This document shows, in pieces, positions 1 through 13,885 of a stretch of 64,000 bases of DNA (within the stretch, counting starts at the first letter, position 1; each line of letters begins with the position of its first letter). The stretch is from NCBI GenBank assembly GCA_025786725.1, contig JAHLTZ010000006.1, positions 186,001 through 250,000 of the forward strand, given 5' to 3'. The notes under the pieces were generated by a model. It made no database searches. It saw only the letters and a program-made list of their open reading frames with translations, and was not told the DNA's origin. The stretch is from Syncephalis fuscata S228 (lineage: Eukaryota > Fungi > Zoopagomycota). A program made the position numbers and the translations under genes.

Positions 1-1320
1 TGATGACGTCCAGGCAGTATGGAATGGCGATTTGACCTGATAATATCGCCTTACACTGCAAATGACCTTTCTGAGCCTCTAGTAGCTCCCATTGGATGTG
101 CGTTCTTTCACGATCGCTGCCAATAGTTTCGGAATGGTGAGCTGCTGCAGCTGTAGAAGCAGCCTCATTTGCAGATCCGGACATTACTGTCCATGTTAAA
201 AACTGGCATTTGTCGGGAGAAGCGAATTGGATACAGGCGCGTGAAATGTTATCGATTACTGCTGGACCTTGTACCCATCGATTGCCATCCAAATCAAATA
301 GATCGAATCGATAATATTGTTCTTCGATATTGATGGTGCGGAAAAGGACCCATTCGTTATAAATGTCAGCCAAGTCCAGTCGCTCTTCATGGCGCACTCC
401 TCCATTTTCGCGTTGAAGCTGAATAACTTTTGGAGATGAGCAGTCAGTAACAGACCATACTAAAATGACCTTTTGCGGCCAACTTTCTTGTTCCTTTGAA
501 GGTTCGGTTGTTGAAATAGTAGGTGTGTGTTTATATAAAGCAACTGGATTTTCTAGCTTATTTTTTAATATGTGTTGTGCTTCTATATCATCAATACTCA
601 CTATATAACAGTATTAATAAATATTTAGTATTATCGTTAAAATTGCCATTACTACTTGCTTATTGGATCGCATGCGTAAATGGAAGCTAAATCTTCATAT
701 GTGTCTATGAAAACACCAGCCAACACAAACTGATGTGTTCCATAGACAGTCTTGATTCGAGGTTGACCGGTAAATAATGATGCGGGCAAAGGAATGGTCA
801 GCTCGTTGCAGGCCAGTTCTTCGTTGCTGTGTTCATCATCATCGCCAAAACAGCCATGCTGAATAGACCATAGCTTCGATGCTTCTTTGTCTTGTGCCAG
901 CACATGCCAAGGATTTAAATCAACCAATTTCAGTTGATCACATTTATCGACCGGTAGTTGGCAGTTTCTTCTTTCGAATTGGCCTGCCATTAGGTTGCGA
1001 TCAACCTGTTGGCGTCGCTGGTAGGCTTGAAACCATGACGCAGGCTCAAGACTAGAGGTAGACGATGAAGGAGTAGAGTTTGGTATGGCATTTATATTCC
1101 AATTGTACCATTTGATCCACTCTTGTTCCCTTGGATCGCCTAATGAAAACGTCCGTCTGTACTGTCGCTTCCAATAGTCGGGACGATTGGCCATCGTCCG
1201 ATACAGAAGACGACAAGTACTTGTAAGGAGGACTACCTCTTTATCATCCATAAAACGCCGCATATAGAGCACGACGTCATGGTGTTCAAAAAAACGGTAG
1301 CTATTTGTATTCGATGGCAT
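1..1320 (-). CDS. F-box-like protein, copy A (apparently intact; 3' part runs off the window start); one GC-AG intron at 601-659
   Basis: ATG at 1320 (MPSNTNSYRFFEHHDVVLYMRRFMDDKEVVLLTSTCRLLYR..., resembling an F-box helix pattern followed by W..Y..TF). Splicing GCAAGT...TATATAG (659-601) joins exon 1 in frame to MSIDDIEAQHILKNKLENP...VRHEERLDLADI, which is the frame of the 340-aa ORF in copy B. The F-box call is by motif resemblance only. Confidence 0.7.
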
Positions 1321-4306
1321 ATTCAATGGCAATAGCTTCAATATGAATCTGCTATGCAACAATGAAAATACGCAGCAGCCGCGAATAAAAAGGAAGGTCA
1401 CATACGACTGCTGGCTAGTTTGCTCTTTTCACAGTGCACTAGTTACACAGTTACAGATGTCTATCGGAATACAGCGAGTATTGCTATTGCTTTATTTATG
1501 AATAATATACACTAAAACTGCATACAAACGCGTTAAGTTGCCAGCAAGACTAAACATACTTTATTTTATTTATTAAAGGTCCGATTGTTGTGAACTAACC
1601 AATTAATCGGCGCTGTAATATTAATGGCGTTAAAAGTCGCCGCGACAGCAATACACATAACATGCTGCTGCCATAATGACGATTTTGTATAGATGAAACT
1701 GGTCTTACTTTCTTTACACAATTGCTGTTCCGAATGGATGACTCACTAAATTGATATTGAGTATCTGGTTAACATAGCAAGCGATACGCGCAACATTGCG
1801 TAAATTATATGCTAATCAGTAGTATTACACCACTTTATTTCCTGCATGCTTATTTACTTCTTTGTCATTCGTTGCATTTAATTATCAAGCTGTTACATGA
1901 ACTGCACAGCCCTTGCATGTTGTTCAATTATTTTAAGGTGCATTTGCAAACTTTAACGTATAATCCTTTTTCCATTGTGCTACCATGCCTGAGTTTATTT
2001 TCAGGTACTAGCCATTTTGCACATTTGCCCACTTTTTGCAAAAAATGTTCAATACACATTTGGTGAATAATTCATTTTACACTTTTAACAGACTAAGTGT
2101 TATCGCAACTGTAAGAATACTACCGAATTACACTAAATTGTTGACAAGCTGTCTAATAACATAATAAATAATACAATTAACTAAATAAACTATTGCTATT
2201 AAGATAAGCAGTGTGCTGAAGTTGTATCAAATATAGCTGATTGTAACAGTAATATTTGCAAAATAACTTTATTTATTCATAAAAATACACATGTATAATG
2301 ATAATGGTGCAGAATAGTGACTAAACGATGTATTGCAATTCTATGCTTGCTGAATATAACCATGCCTGGAATCTATATCTATTAAAAGTGACATTAGCAA
2401 ACGATACATGTAAATAAACTATAGCAATTATGCTTGCCGCATAATCACATTGCTAAGCATCCGAAATAACTGTTGGGCATAGCATCAAACCGCAATGTCA
2501 CTGTACCGTCACAAGCAGAAGCTCAGCCCCTATTACGTTGATAAACTATTCAACCAGTCGCACAAACCACTACTCTCATCCCGCACAACCGCACTGGCTC
2601 TATCGCATACGTTATCCGTATGCAACACTATGTACGTTCGTACAGGGTCAAGCTAGTGGCTGTTATATAAACAGCAACTAATCCTACCACCACATCCAAG
2701 TCAATTTAGTTATAGGCGATATCTAAAGATCTTTACTGCCCATACACCAAATACTTAGCAATGCAATTACCACAAACAAACACACAGCAAACGCCATATC
2801 ACTGAACAGAAGGCCTATTGGCTATGTGCAGTCTAACACCGTATACAGCATGTTGGAATGCATGCTGCCAAACCATATAGTGTCTAGTTTACTATATATC
2901 TAATGGTGCTCACATAGCCAAAGAACACAACCGCATTGCTCCTCACACGCTCATTTACTAAACTTAAGCATATAAAACAGTAAGTTGCTGCGGTCTTGTA
3001 ATTATCGGACATTTAAAAAATGATAAGCATATCGAGCAACAAACAGCGGTAAGAGAAAGGGGTGTAGGTCATATCGAGCGACAAAGAATAGCAAGAGGAG
3101 ATAAAAACATAATGCTTGGTTCAAAAGCAGCAAGGCCGGCTTATATTGTGACGATTACGAATTTCTGCAATAAAACATGACTCACCTGAAACCGTCCAAG
3201 ACCAATGTACTATGCAGTTATTCTTCCGTATAAATAACTACTTGTGTAATATTCAACAGCCGTGCTTTTATTTAAACACCATTCTTTACATCCGTGATAC
3301 AAATAATCATTATTGCTATTGCTCATATTGAATAGACATCATTATTAGCAGTATCTTTACAATGTGATAAACTGACGAATAGCATTTGTGTTACAGGATT
3401 CAACCGATTAAGCGTGAAGTATGTCATAGGTTAAAATGACATACATAACATACTAGGCAGCTCTATTCGTTTAGTAATGCCAACTACAGTTTTATTTTAA
3501 ATCAGCACTGGTTATTCTACAGTATACAAACCAACTAATTGAAATCAAGTTTCAATTGGTAGTTATAACAAATCTTAATGGAAGATACATGTATACTAAT
3601 ACAATTCATCCAAGTGCCGTTAAAATACTTTATATTTGCCCAAGTTTATATGATGTAATTAGAATAGTGATAAAACAGACAATGGTGTCGACTGTTTTAT
3701 TACCATTGTGTCTACAATTGTTTTTAGTGTTTAATTAACTATAAAACACTTTATGGCTATTCTACGATATACGGTATACACTACCTGTAATGCACACACA
3801 CATCATGTTGTTTGTTATCTATATTATGGTAATAAACCATTCTATGTCATTATGATACATTAGCAGTAATGGGCAGTGAGAAGAACATGAGCAGTAATGT
3901 AGTTATTGTGTATACACTTATGCGTCATGAACAAAATAAACTGAGTTCTGTAACAAATAAAGCTGGCGGCAAACAAACAACAGTTATGAATAGCGCATGG
4001 TTGATATGCAATAAAACAGTATACATTAAAAAAGATACAAACAGTGATAATAAATCTATAATGTATATAGATCAACGAGTGAAGCGAATAAAGCGTGTCA
4101 AGTATACAACAAATAGAGTGCATCTAATATAATAAAATGATATGGATGGATAGAGGATATATGGTGATGAATATTTGATGATTGATGGCACCCACTATCA
4201 TCACCATGTTCAATAGAGCGAATTCTAGTTTGATTGCGCAAATGTTATTAAGCTTAGTTATTTGGTCTCAAACTATACTAAACTTTTAATAAGTTGTTTA
4301 ATAATA
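1..4306 (-). repeat. Left arm of a large inverted duplication (continues beyond the window start)
   Basis: Near-identical reverse complement of 13886-18181. Position 1 pairs with 18181 and 4306 pairs with 13886. The ORF track shows the same ORFs mirrored. Confidence 0.97.
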
Positions 4307-5372
4307 TTAATTAACACACACAATGTTGATGATTAACAATGATTAGCAAATCTTTGTCGTTCTTGCAAATTCGTGTTACTCTCTACCATCAATGCTATGT
4401 CATCTACAAATGCTTCACGCATTACATGTATATAATTAATAGCATCTCGCTGTTTTTTGCATTGTATAGCTATATTGTAATTTGTTCAACTTGGTAAATA
4501 TTAGCTTATGTAGTTGAATTATACTTTGACTTCATATTTTAAGTTTCTAAAGTAAAATCCGTTTCAATCAGAGTCATGCAGCTATTATGCACAACATAGT
4601 TATATTACTTTTTATTAAAATATTGTTAATAAAGTTATTTAAATAAAGAATGTAATATACTATTTGATTTGTTGAAACATTTGAGGCCGATCATTATTGT
4701 TGTTAGCTATATGTAGAAAGATTGATCGAATATTGATAGAAGCCATATGATTGTAATTCCATGTCATTTCGCATTTGTTGTTGTTGTTGCATCTACATAC
4801 AGCATGCGTTATTGCATTTGAATGACCTTTCTATTTTCTAATATTCTACTATTGTATTTTAACATATTTGTGCTGTAAGATCAAGATTAATATAATTATT
4901 ATAAAGTTGTTTATTAAACAGCCACTTCCCCTATAGCTAATCTGACTAAATAAATGGCATTTTAAACAATTAATATCATAATGACGATATATATTAAAGC
5001 AATAATAAAGATAGCTAATTAATTAAATTATGGTATTAATGCAATGAAATAAGTGAATAAAAATATTAAAGTCAAAATATAGTAGCTCTGTTCATATAAT
5101 ATCAATCACAGTAAAATAGTTTCTTGCTTTAATCTACATTATGAATAATGGCATATATATTTTCATACGTCATGTTTTTAAATCAGTAATCAATATCCAC
5201 GCTATAAGCATGCCGTAACTATGACTGCCGCTAATAAACATAATAGTTTAAAGTATATTTCAACATGTTACTATCATAATAAATATTGCTAAACACTTTA
5301 TTTAAAGTATTGGACGTTTATTCCAATTTAATAAAAACTAAACAATGCTTGGACTCAATTTAATTGAAGTGA

Positions 5373-8300
5373 CTAATCCTGCTTTGGATGACAAACTACA
5401 CCCAAACTAGAGGATGATACTAAGGTAATATGGCTGCCAAATTGCAATGGATTACCATCCAAAGCAACAAAGTCGGCAGCATTACCTTCAGTAATACGTC
5501 CAGATGACGATAATCCAAAGGCATTTGCAACTTCCCAAGTTACCATACCAATGGCTGCTGCTTCACTAATCAAATCGGTATCACGATGATGCTGGAATCC
5601 AGTTTCCCAAAGTAGTTCACGAACAGCACCAATGTCTATGTTACTCAACGAGACTTTGACGCCAGCCTTGTGCAACTTCTGTGCCGCAGTGTACTGTGTA
5701 AGTGGTTGCCCAACAAGACAGCGGCGCATAGACCAAGTCGATTGTTGGCAACGTGCTGGTTGCAGCACTACAGGTATATCGTAATCGGCCAAGTCTGCAG
5801 CTAGCAAATGAGCCTCGACACCACCAAAAATGACCAGATTCAATCCTTCACCAATGCCATTTTGGCGCTTGTGATGCCAGCGCAGTTCATCACGAAGTTT
5901 CATAACAGCGGCAATGTTGTCCTTGGAATGGGTATGAACCACGAGCGGCATTATACCTCGAGCAACGTCTGCAAAGTGATTTTCTCTTAGATCGGTCTTT
6001 TTCTCGGCATACAAAGCGGAGATCAATAGATTACGTAGTGCGGCTATTTGTGCCGATACTGTAGACAACGTCTTACTTGTACTGCTACTATTAATCTCAA
6101 CGTGAAGAGCAACGCGGCTTTTAATGATTGAAGTCGAGTCAAGCGTAGAAGTACCGGCCGTACGTGCTGCTACACTTAGTCCCTTTATTAACACGTTATT
6201 TGAACTTGATAGTGAAACGGTTGAAATGATACCTGCAAAACCATTAGTACTAAATAAATAAGCATACTATTAACACTTACCAGAAGCAAGAGCTGCACGC
6301 AAATGTTTGCCTTCAAATGCAAATCCATCTTCAGCATGTGGAATCAAATTTGGATCGGTAACCAATGGATCATTGAAATCGCCATCGCCAGTCGTTGGCT
6401 CTTGTTCAATCTCGTTTAGACCAAGAGGTAAACCAGATGAGACTAAACCAGGAATAAGTACACCACCGTGAAGATCGTAAATATCGCCATTATTAGTTCG
6501 TACAGCTTCTTCACAGTCCAAACCAACACATTGGATTATTCCATCAACAACAGCAATAGCAATTTCCTTGCCATCGTCATTGCCTTCAAGTTTATCGGCA
6601 TCGAGAATGTGATCGGGTGATGCAAATAGCTTGCCAATATTGCGTAGTGCAAATGTATGGCTCTTGACTGAACATGCAGATGGTGTATTTGCATAAGTCA
6701 TATTGCGTTGATCCGAAGTAGAAAGCGGACGAAGTGGCTTAGTTGCTTTGGACGACGAATGACGTACAGATTTAAATGGCTTTGGCGTGTTGGATAGATC
6801 ACGTTTAAACTTAAGCTGTGGTAATCCATCAATAAACACTTGTAATGGTCGTGCACCTAAAGCAAACGGATGTGCATCCCAGACCTGCCATTTCAATTAG
6901 TATAAATTACTTATGTTCACTATTACGTACAGTCAAGTCGGCATCATAACCAAGTAGTAGACGGCCAATTCGATGGCCCAATCCTAAAGCCTTTGCAGGT
7001 ACTGTTGTCACACTGGCCAGTGCCAAGTTGCTAGATAAACCATATTGATGTGCTTTGGCAGCTTCATACATCATAAATTGCTATATTAACGTATTAGTTA
7101 ATAGATATATTAATGAAGTAGTTGTTATTACCGAATTAATTACAGGATGGTCAGATTTTAATGCAACTGGAATGTTATGCTCAGCTAGAATACGTGGCGA
7201 ATTAACGGATGCTCTATATGCCTCGTTTTTATATCCCCATAGATCGGCAAATGTTGCTACAGTTACATTAGTGCGACGAATTAAATCAGGAATAAGATAG
7301 GCTTCCAAAGCATGATGAAAAGCGGAAATTGGCACGTTAAACTCCTTCATGACACGAATAACCATTTCAAGATCTTGTGGCTAGCACTATATTAAATACA
7401 ATTATTTCTAATATGTTGCCACAACTTACCTCATAACATGAACATTAAGATTAACTTGACCGCGCATTAAAGCAACAAGGCTTTCGTTTGACAAATCTTC
7501 AGGAAAACGTTCCGATAGTATAGTATTTTCGTTATTTTGAATACGTTCAGCAGCAGCACACCATGCATCCTGACGACGAAGCAAGTCACGAGCCTTAGAT
7601 AGCCGTTCACGGAATAGCCAGGCCTCGCCCATTCGCGTTACTGGCAAAGCATTTTGTTCTGCAAATACATTTTGGATTTTCACCGCAAGCCATCTTCATC
7701 CAACGCCATCCTGTTCCTTCAGGCAAGCCGTAATTTACCAGCATTTCATCGGATGTACCATTGACTGGTGGCCGTAATTTAAATGCATATGCTTCGCCAC
7801 CCATAAGAAGGGCCGAGCCAGGCAATACCAATACTGTAGTAACACCACCTGATGCGGCAGCAGCAATAGCCGGATCGGCTTGATTAAATGCATCAAGTGT
7901 ACGTAGCTGAGGAAGTGTAGGCACTGTAAACTCGTTTGTATCTTCTAAAGCTTTAATACCTGGCCAGCTGTCCATGCCAATATGACTATATGAAATAAAT
8001 TATTAAATGCTATTATGATTACAGTTTAATTTGATTACCTATGCATATCGACAATACCCGGTGTTACTATACGACCACTAATATCGATAATTTCAATCGA
8101 TGGACCTTTACTTAGCTCGGCACGAATAGCCTCCAATGACATACCGGCCAGTGTTGAGTTAAGACTACTAATAACACCATTTTCCAATAATACATCCAAA
8201 TGCTTTTCGCCATCTTCTGGATCCCAAATAATACCACCGTGTAGTAATATTCTCTGTACCGATGCAGCACTATCTTCGTAACGAGGATTGGTACGTAGTA

Positions 8301-8780
8301 GAACGCCACCTATACTGCTGCTCTTTTTCTTAACAACACCCATGCTATCGGGTTTATAGTTTAAGTTGCGACATTGTTTTAGACCAGCAGCAAATACATC
8401 GCTATCAATGCCAGGTGCTACAACGGTTGCTGGCTTATTATCTGATGATGGAGAGAATAAAAGATAGATAAGCAGGATGAGGATTAATGTGCCTATCAAG
8501 ATACGGTAGGCATTGCGGCGCAGTGAATCCGGCTCGTATTTAAACGATTCGGGTAAACGAGAGGTCAGTGCTCTTAGTCGATCCGATCCGCTTACGGTTG
8601 GTTGAAAAGTTTGACCTTGGGCCTGTGTCGGTGGGCGGCTATGGCCGTTGGCAGAGCCATTAAGTCCACGTCATGTGCTGCTGGATATGAGTCTAGCAGC
8701 GGTGATTCTTCCCGTTCAGATAAAGAGTCGTCATCGTCCGCCGCAGAAATTCTTGAGTGGCGTCGTCTTCCTTGCTCCAT
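5373..8780 (-). CDS. Membrane-anchored metallo-dependent amidohydrolase (two amidohydrolase-type halves), multi-exon; apparent frameshifts near 8672 and 7672
   Basis: Motifs DISGRIVTPGIVDMH(SH), SGGVTTVLVLPGS, KMACGENPK, VNLNVH, FHHALEAY, LKSDHPV, GRLLLGYDAD, WDAHPFALGARP, and a second half with DLHGGVLIPG and GRITEGNAADFVALDGNPL. N-terminal hydrophobic stretch ILIGTLILILLIYLLF. Confidence 0.88.
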
Positions 8781-8957
8781 GATCAAAGCGGCGTCTCTAC
8801 ACAAGGCAAGAGACCCGTTGATACTAGTGCACCAAACACACTACAAACAACCTAACAATATAAACAACTATTCCGTAGCTAATTACAGCTGAAAGACAGG
8901 GAAGAAACAGTGTTTCGTTGCACGTTCAAATTGAACAATAAGGTATTGGAGAGTGTT

Positions 8958-8959
<2 letters not shown>

Positions 8960-8988
<29 letters not shown>
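8960..8988 (+). repeat. (GATA)n microsatellite, about 7 units
   Basis: gatagatagatagatagatagatagatag seen directly. Confidence 0.9.
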
Positions 8989-8989
<1 letters not shown>

Positions 8990-9931
8990 GAGTAAGAGAG
9001 TGATAGAAATTGAGGAATAAAAGATAGAACTTAATGGAAAACATAGGCGGAGTAGTATTTTTAGATAACGGTGACGCATTTGCACAACACTCTGTGCTTA
9101 AAAAGATAAATTGCCATGCAGCAGTAAAGTAGATGCAATAGAAGTAAAATTAATAGGCTGTTATAGAGTTATTTGTATAACATTAGTTATTTATCATATG
9201 ATATGCAGTGTAATTGCTAAAATAACAAGCAAACAATATAGCCAATACACCAACGTAGAACTAGATCAGTAATTAATGTTAAATAGAAATAAAATACTGT
9301 TATTGTTTGTTAATATTTATTAATAATTATATAAAGCAGCTAGTTGACGATTAATAGCAATTAATAGTATTATCGTAATTGTAAATCCGTATAATACAAC
9401 TCTAATCATACAGTATCTACATTAATATTTAATTGTTTAAAACTCCTACACATAATGTAGTTACAAAAGCCATATTTTAATTAACGATCTATTACAGCGT
9501 GTACTTATGCATAATCTGTGCCATCAATGTAATTAAAGTCTTAGCCAATAGTAATAAACGGCTAATGTCGTGTTAATATTCAGTAATGGCTGAGTTAATA
9601 ATTATCAGTATGAACACAGAATAGTATAGAAATTTGGATCAGTCTCAGTCTTACTTTTCTATGGCACAGTATCTGGGTCTATTTGCTACTGATTTCATAT
9701 TTATCGATTAAATTGCTAATAGCAGTGTTTTTTCTTTTTTGTTTGAGTTTATAGGCTTTTCTGGTAGATTCCTCCTTGAATCCTATTACATTCACTATTA
9801 CAACCACTATATTTACTGCTTTTCTACGCTCAACGCGTGTTACACTAAGGTTTGTAGACTGATAGTAGCAGCGGCAGCAGTAGCGTATTTTGTCCATACT
9901 ACAACTACAATTACTATTAAGAGTAGCAACT

Positions 9932-12023
9932 ATGGCCTTACGGTTAAGCGGTGCAGCCCGTACTCAGTGTGCTAGAGTGACGTCGTTGCCGTTGTCGGCA
10001 GTTCGTACTCGACCGGGCGTAGAGTTGTCAGCTTGTATACGCGACAATGCTACAGCGAATAGATCGGTACGCTTATTCAGCGTATGTGCGCGCCCCTTCC
10101 AACCAAAAGATCCTCGGGATCAACGTACAACGGCTGTCACGTCATTAGAGCGTCAATCAAGAGTAAGTATATGAATGCGCATAGTATCGGGTCTATATAT
10201 TGATACGTGTTTTTTTGACTATCGACTAGAAATCGTTTCATACTACAGGTGGGCCCGAATATGAATAACAATTTATTGGCACAAGTTAATTAATCAACAT
10301 TATCGCATGTTTAATATCCAGCTGTAAATTCAGCACTGAAACGTGACGCCTATGAAGTATTGGGTATTTCACGAACGGCTAATCAATCAGAAGTAAAAAA
10401 AGCATATTACGCAGTAAGTAATTCGGTATTGATGAATAGTTCATTAAACTAATCGATACAACTAAATTTAGCTTGCAAAAAAGTATCATCCCGATACAAA
10501 CAAAGATAAGAGTGCTCATGATAAATTTGTGGAGATTCAAGAGGCCTACGAAGTAAGATTGATGCTATTTAATGTATAGTATAATCATGCTTATATTACC
10601 AATAGATTTTATCGGATGAACAAAAACGAGCATCATACGACCAGTTTGGACATGCTGGATTTGGCGGTATGAAGCAACCAGCTTTGTAAACTATGGCTTA
10701 TTTTTAATCATTAATAGGAGAAGCGCCACCTGGTGCCGGTGGATTTCCTGGATCTCATCCATTCGGCGGTAATGGAGCTGGATTCTCTCCTAATGATATC
10801 TTTGAGCAATTTTTTGGTGGTGGATTTCGACGATCAGGCGGTGCAGGTCCCGGCGGATTCCAGGCAGTAGGCGACGATCTGCAAGTAAGCATATGTGGCT
10901 AAGTTAATAATGTACCAAGTTGACGACCATTGTGCAAATATGTAATCATCAGACACGTTTAACTATTTCATTCATGGAGGCTGTTAAAGGCACAACAAAA
11001 ACAATTCGTATTGCACCTATCGTGACATGCCGCACCTGTAAAGGTAATGGAACAAAGGATGGCAAGCGTCCAGAAAGCTGTAAGGCTTGCCATGGCACTG
11101 GACATCGCGTTATTATGCAAGGGCCATTCCAGATGGCTACGCCTTGCAATGTGTGCTCAGGTACAGGCGAGTTTATTCCCGCTTCGAGTCAATGCACGAC
11201 ATGTAAAGGCGCTAAGCGCGTACGTGAAAGTAAAACCGTTTCTGTCGATATTCCGCCTGGTAAGTAGTATAATGCATAATAAATGGTTACTAAAGTATAA
11301 TGATTGTATACAATTCTACTAGGTGTTGATAACGACGTCAAAATCCGATTGGCCGGTGAAGGTGACGCACCTGGAGAAGGCAATGGTCCACGCGGTGACC
11401 TTTACGTACAGCTTACGGTAAATTAAAAGTATATGCATATAAACAATGACTAAATGGTGTTAGGTTGAGCGGTCATCAACCTTTAAACGACAAGGAGCCA
11501 ACGTTTATTTAGATGTTGATGTACCTTTACAGAAAGCAATCCTTGGTGGCACAATACGTATTCCAACGCTGACTGGCGATGTCGAACTTAATGTGAGCTC
11601 AGGTACTCAGCCAAATGAAATACGTGTTCTACGTAAGCGAGGTATTAAAAAGCTTAATGGCAAGGATCATGGTGATCAATATGTTACGATGAAAATTAAA
11701 ATACCCACGTGAGCTACAAAAGACAAGTACATAATTTATATTTTATTAATTGTATTATTGATAATTTTAGTAAATTATCATCCCGTCAACGAGAATTACT
11801 AAAAGCATTTGCTACGGAAATGGAAGATCAAAACTCTTCTTCTTCACCATCTGATAAACATCATTCAACTACAACCGACAGTACAGCTAACTCTAATAAC
11901 TCGTCATCATCTTCAAGTTTCTTCAAGTCAGCCTTCGATAAGATACGTGGCAAGCAAGAAGATACCGATACAAAGCAATCAGACAAGGATGACAAGAGCG
12001 ATAACAACAAGGATAAGGCTTAA
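9932..12023 (+). CDS. MDJ1: Mitochondrial type-I DnaJ/Hsp40 chaperone, multi-exon
   Basis: Arg/Ser-rich presequence (MALRLSGAARTQCAR...), J-domain with KKYHPDTNK, G/F-rich region, four CxxCxGxG zinc-binding repeats, C-terminal DnaJ domain (GDLYVQL, AILGGTIRIPTL), stop at 12021-12023. Confidence 0.93.
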
Positions 12024-12520
12024 TCATGAATCGGTGTCTATGTGTGGATGTGAGTTATATACATCATTATGATGACGCATCTATATATTGATGTAATAGA
12101 AATAGTAACTTGCTTAAATAAATTTTTCTAAAAACTATTTACTTTTGATATGTTTTAATTTGCCTTAGTATTTTTGTTTTATTGAATTGAAAAGAAAATT
12201 ATCTTGAAAATAACTTAGCACATACACATATACTTAAATGTATCAGCTGTGTTGCCAAAAATCACTACACTTGAGTATGATATCGCAATCTTAACACTTA
12301 ATTGCTTTTAAATTACATAAAATAAAATCATAATAAAAACCAATAGTTTATTAAAGAACTGGCAATTATGCTTGTATTTATATTGAATGTATGTTATCCG
12401 TGTACTACAAATATAATGGTGATGTATACTTTTAAACCTATGGCCAATTGAATTTTTCAGTCCCGCATAAGACAAATCTCTTTCTTTTTATTCCTTCTTT
12501 TATTTACTTGTGTGTTAGCA

Positions 12521-13644
12521 ATGTCATTGCCTTCAAGCATTTGTGTATTTTGCGGCTCTTCTGACGGTGCAAAGCCCGAGTATCTAAAAGCAGCTGAAGG
12601 TAAGCTATAGCCATTAATACTATATTTTATTATATATTAACAGTATAACTAGCACTAGGCTCGGTATTTCTAAAAAATAATATTACACTTGTCTATGGTG
12701 GTGGTAATATGGGACTTATGGGCTGTCTAGCTCGCACTGTCCATAATGTAATAAAAACGCGCATCAAATCAATGAGTCATATTGCGTTATGGCTATTACT
12801 AATACTTGTTTTCTATGTCTGTTGCAATTATTAGGGTGGCGGCAAGGTGATAAGTGTAATTCCAAAAGCACTCGATGGTTAGTAGTTATAAAAGACAATT
12901 TTTGTATCATTTTTTAGTAATAATAATAATAATATAATAAACAATTATAGAGGTTACAAAAACAAACTATGGCACCGTACATATTACAGCAGATATGCAT
13001 CAACGAAAAGCGATAATGAATAAATTGGTAAGAGCATAAATGAAACTAAACAAGATTTTAGCAATAACAATCATTGTTTTTATTTGGCCGATTTATTTTT
13101 ACAAATCTAATAACTATTTTATAACTAATTGATATAGGCGGATGCTTTTATTACACTTCCAGGTGGTTTTGGTACATTTGAAGAATTGCTTGAAATGACA
13201 ACTTGGTAAGTGAAGAAATAATGCTGTTATTTAATAAACAGCGACAATGATTGCATCAAATAAACTGATACTTAATTTATTAACTAGGTCACAATTAACA
13301 ATTCATAATAAACCAATTATTGTGTTGGATATTGGCAACTTTTATGAGCATTTATTCCAATTCTTTGATCACGTTAGTCAAGGTAAGCTAAAACTAATTA
13401 GTTAATCGATTAACTAATCAATTAACTACTTTATTTTATATGCTATTCTATATCTATTGCTTTGTCACAACTCATATGTCAATGGGCTACAACGACAGAG
13501 GGCTTTATCACAAAGTCGAATCGACAAATTATTAAGCGCTGCTCACAAGTGGATCAAATAGAAACGGCACTACTCGAGTACAAAGTGCCAATACGCGTCT
13601 ACGATCTTGTTTGGACACATGGTGAAGAGAAGTCGCTAGTTTAA
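12521..13644 (+). CDS. LOG1: LOG (Lonely Guy)-family nucleoside 5'-monophosphate phosphoribohydrolase, about 7 exons
   Basis: Exons translate to [57 protein letters not shown] (the PGGxGTxE signature) and HNKPII. The ORF track mostly misses it because the exons are short. Confidence 0.92.
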
Positions 13645-13885
13645 ACGAATAAAAGTTAATTTTTATTGCTATCACTACTATTTAGTATCAAACAAATAAT
13701 ACTTTTTTATTTTTAATTCAATGAGTTTGTGGGCTAACACTTTACCTTCTTGATGTATTCTAAATAATGCTTTTCAATATTATGTTCACACGGCCTTCCT
13801 AGTGTTAATTTTAGCTACCACGTTTTTGCATGGGCTGACCTAGAGGTAGTGTCGATAATCTTATTTAATTAATTTTTAATTGTGT

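Noticed and set aside
1400-4140. Short ORFs in the duplicated arm (1809-2066, 3860-4132) and their mirror copies
   Set aside because: Low-complexity, AT-driven translations without motifs. They recur only because the DNA is duplicated, and indels between the arms alter them.
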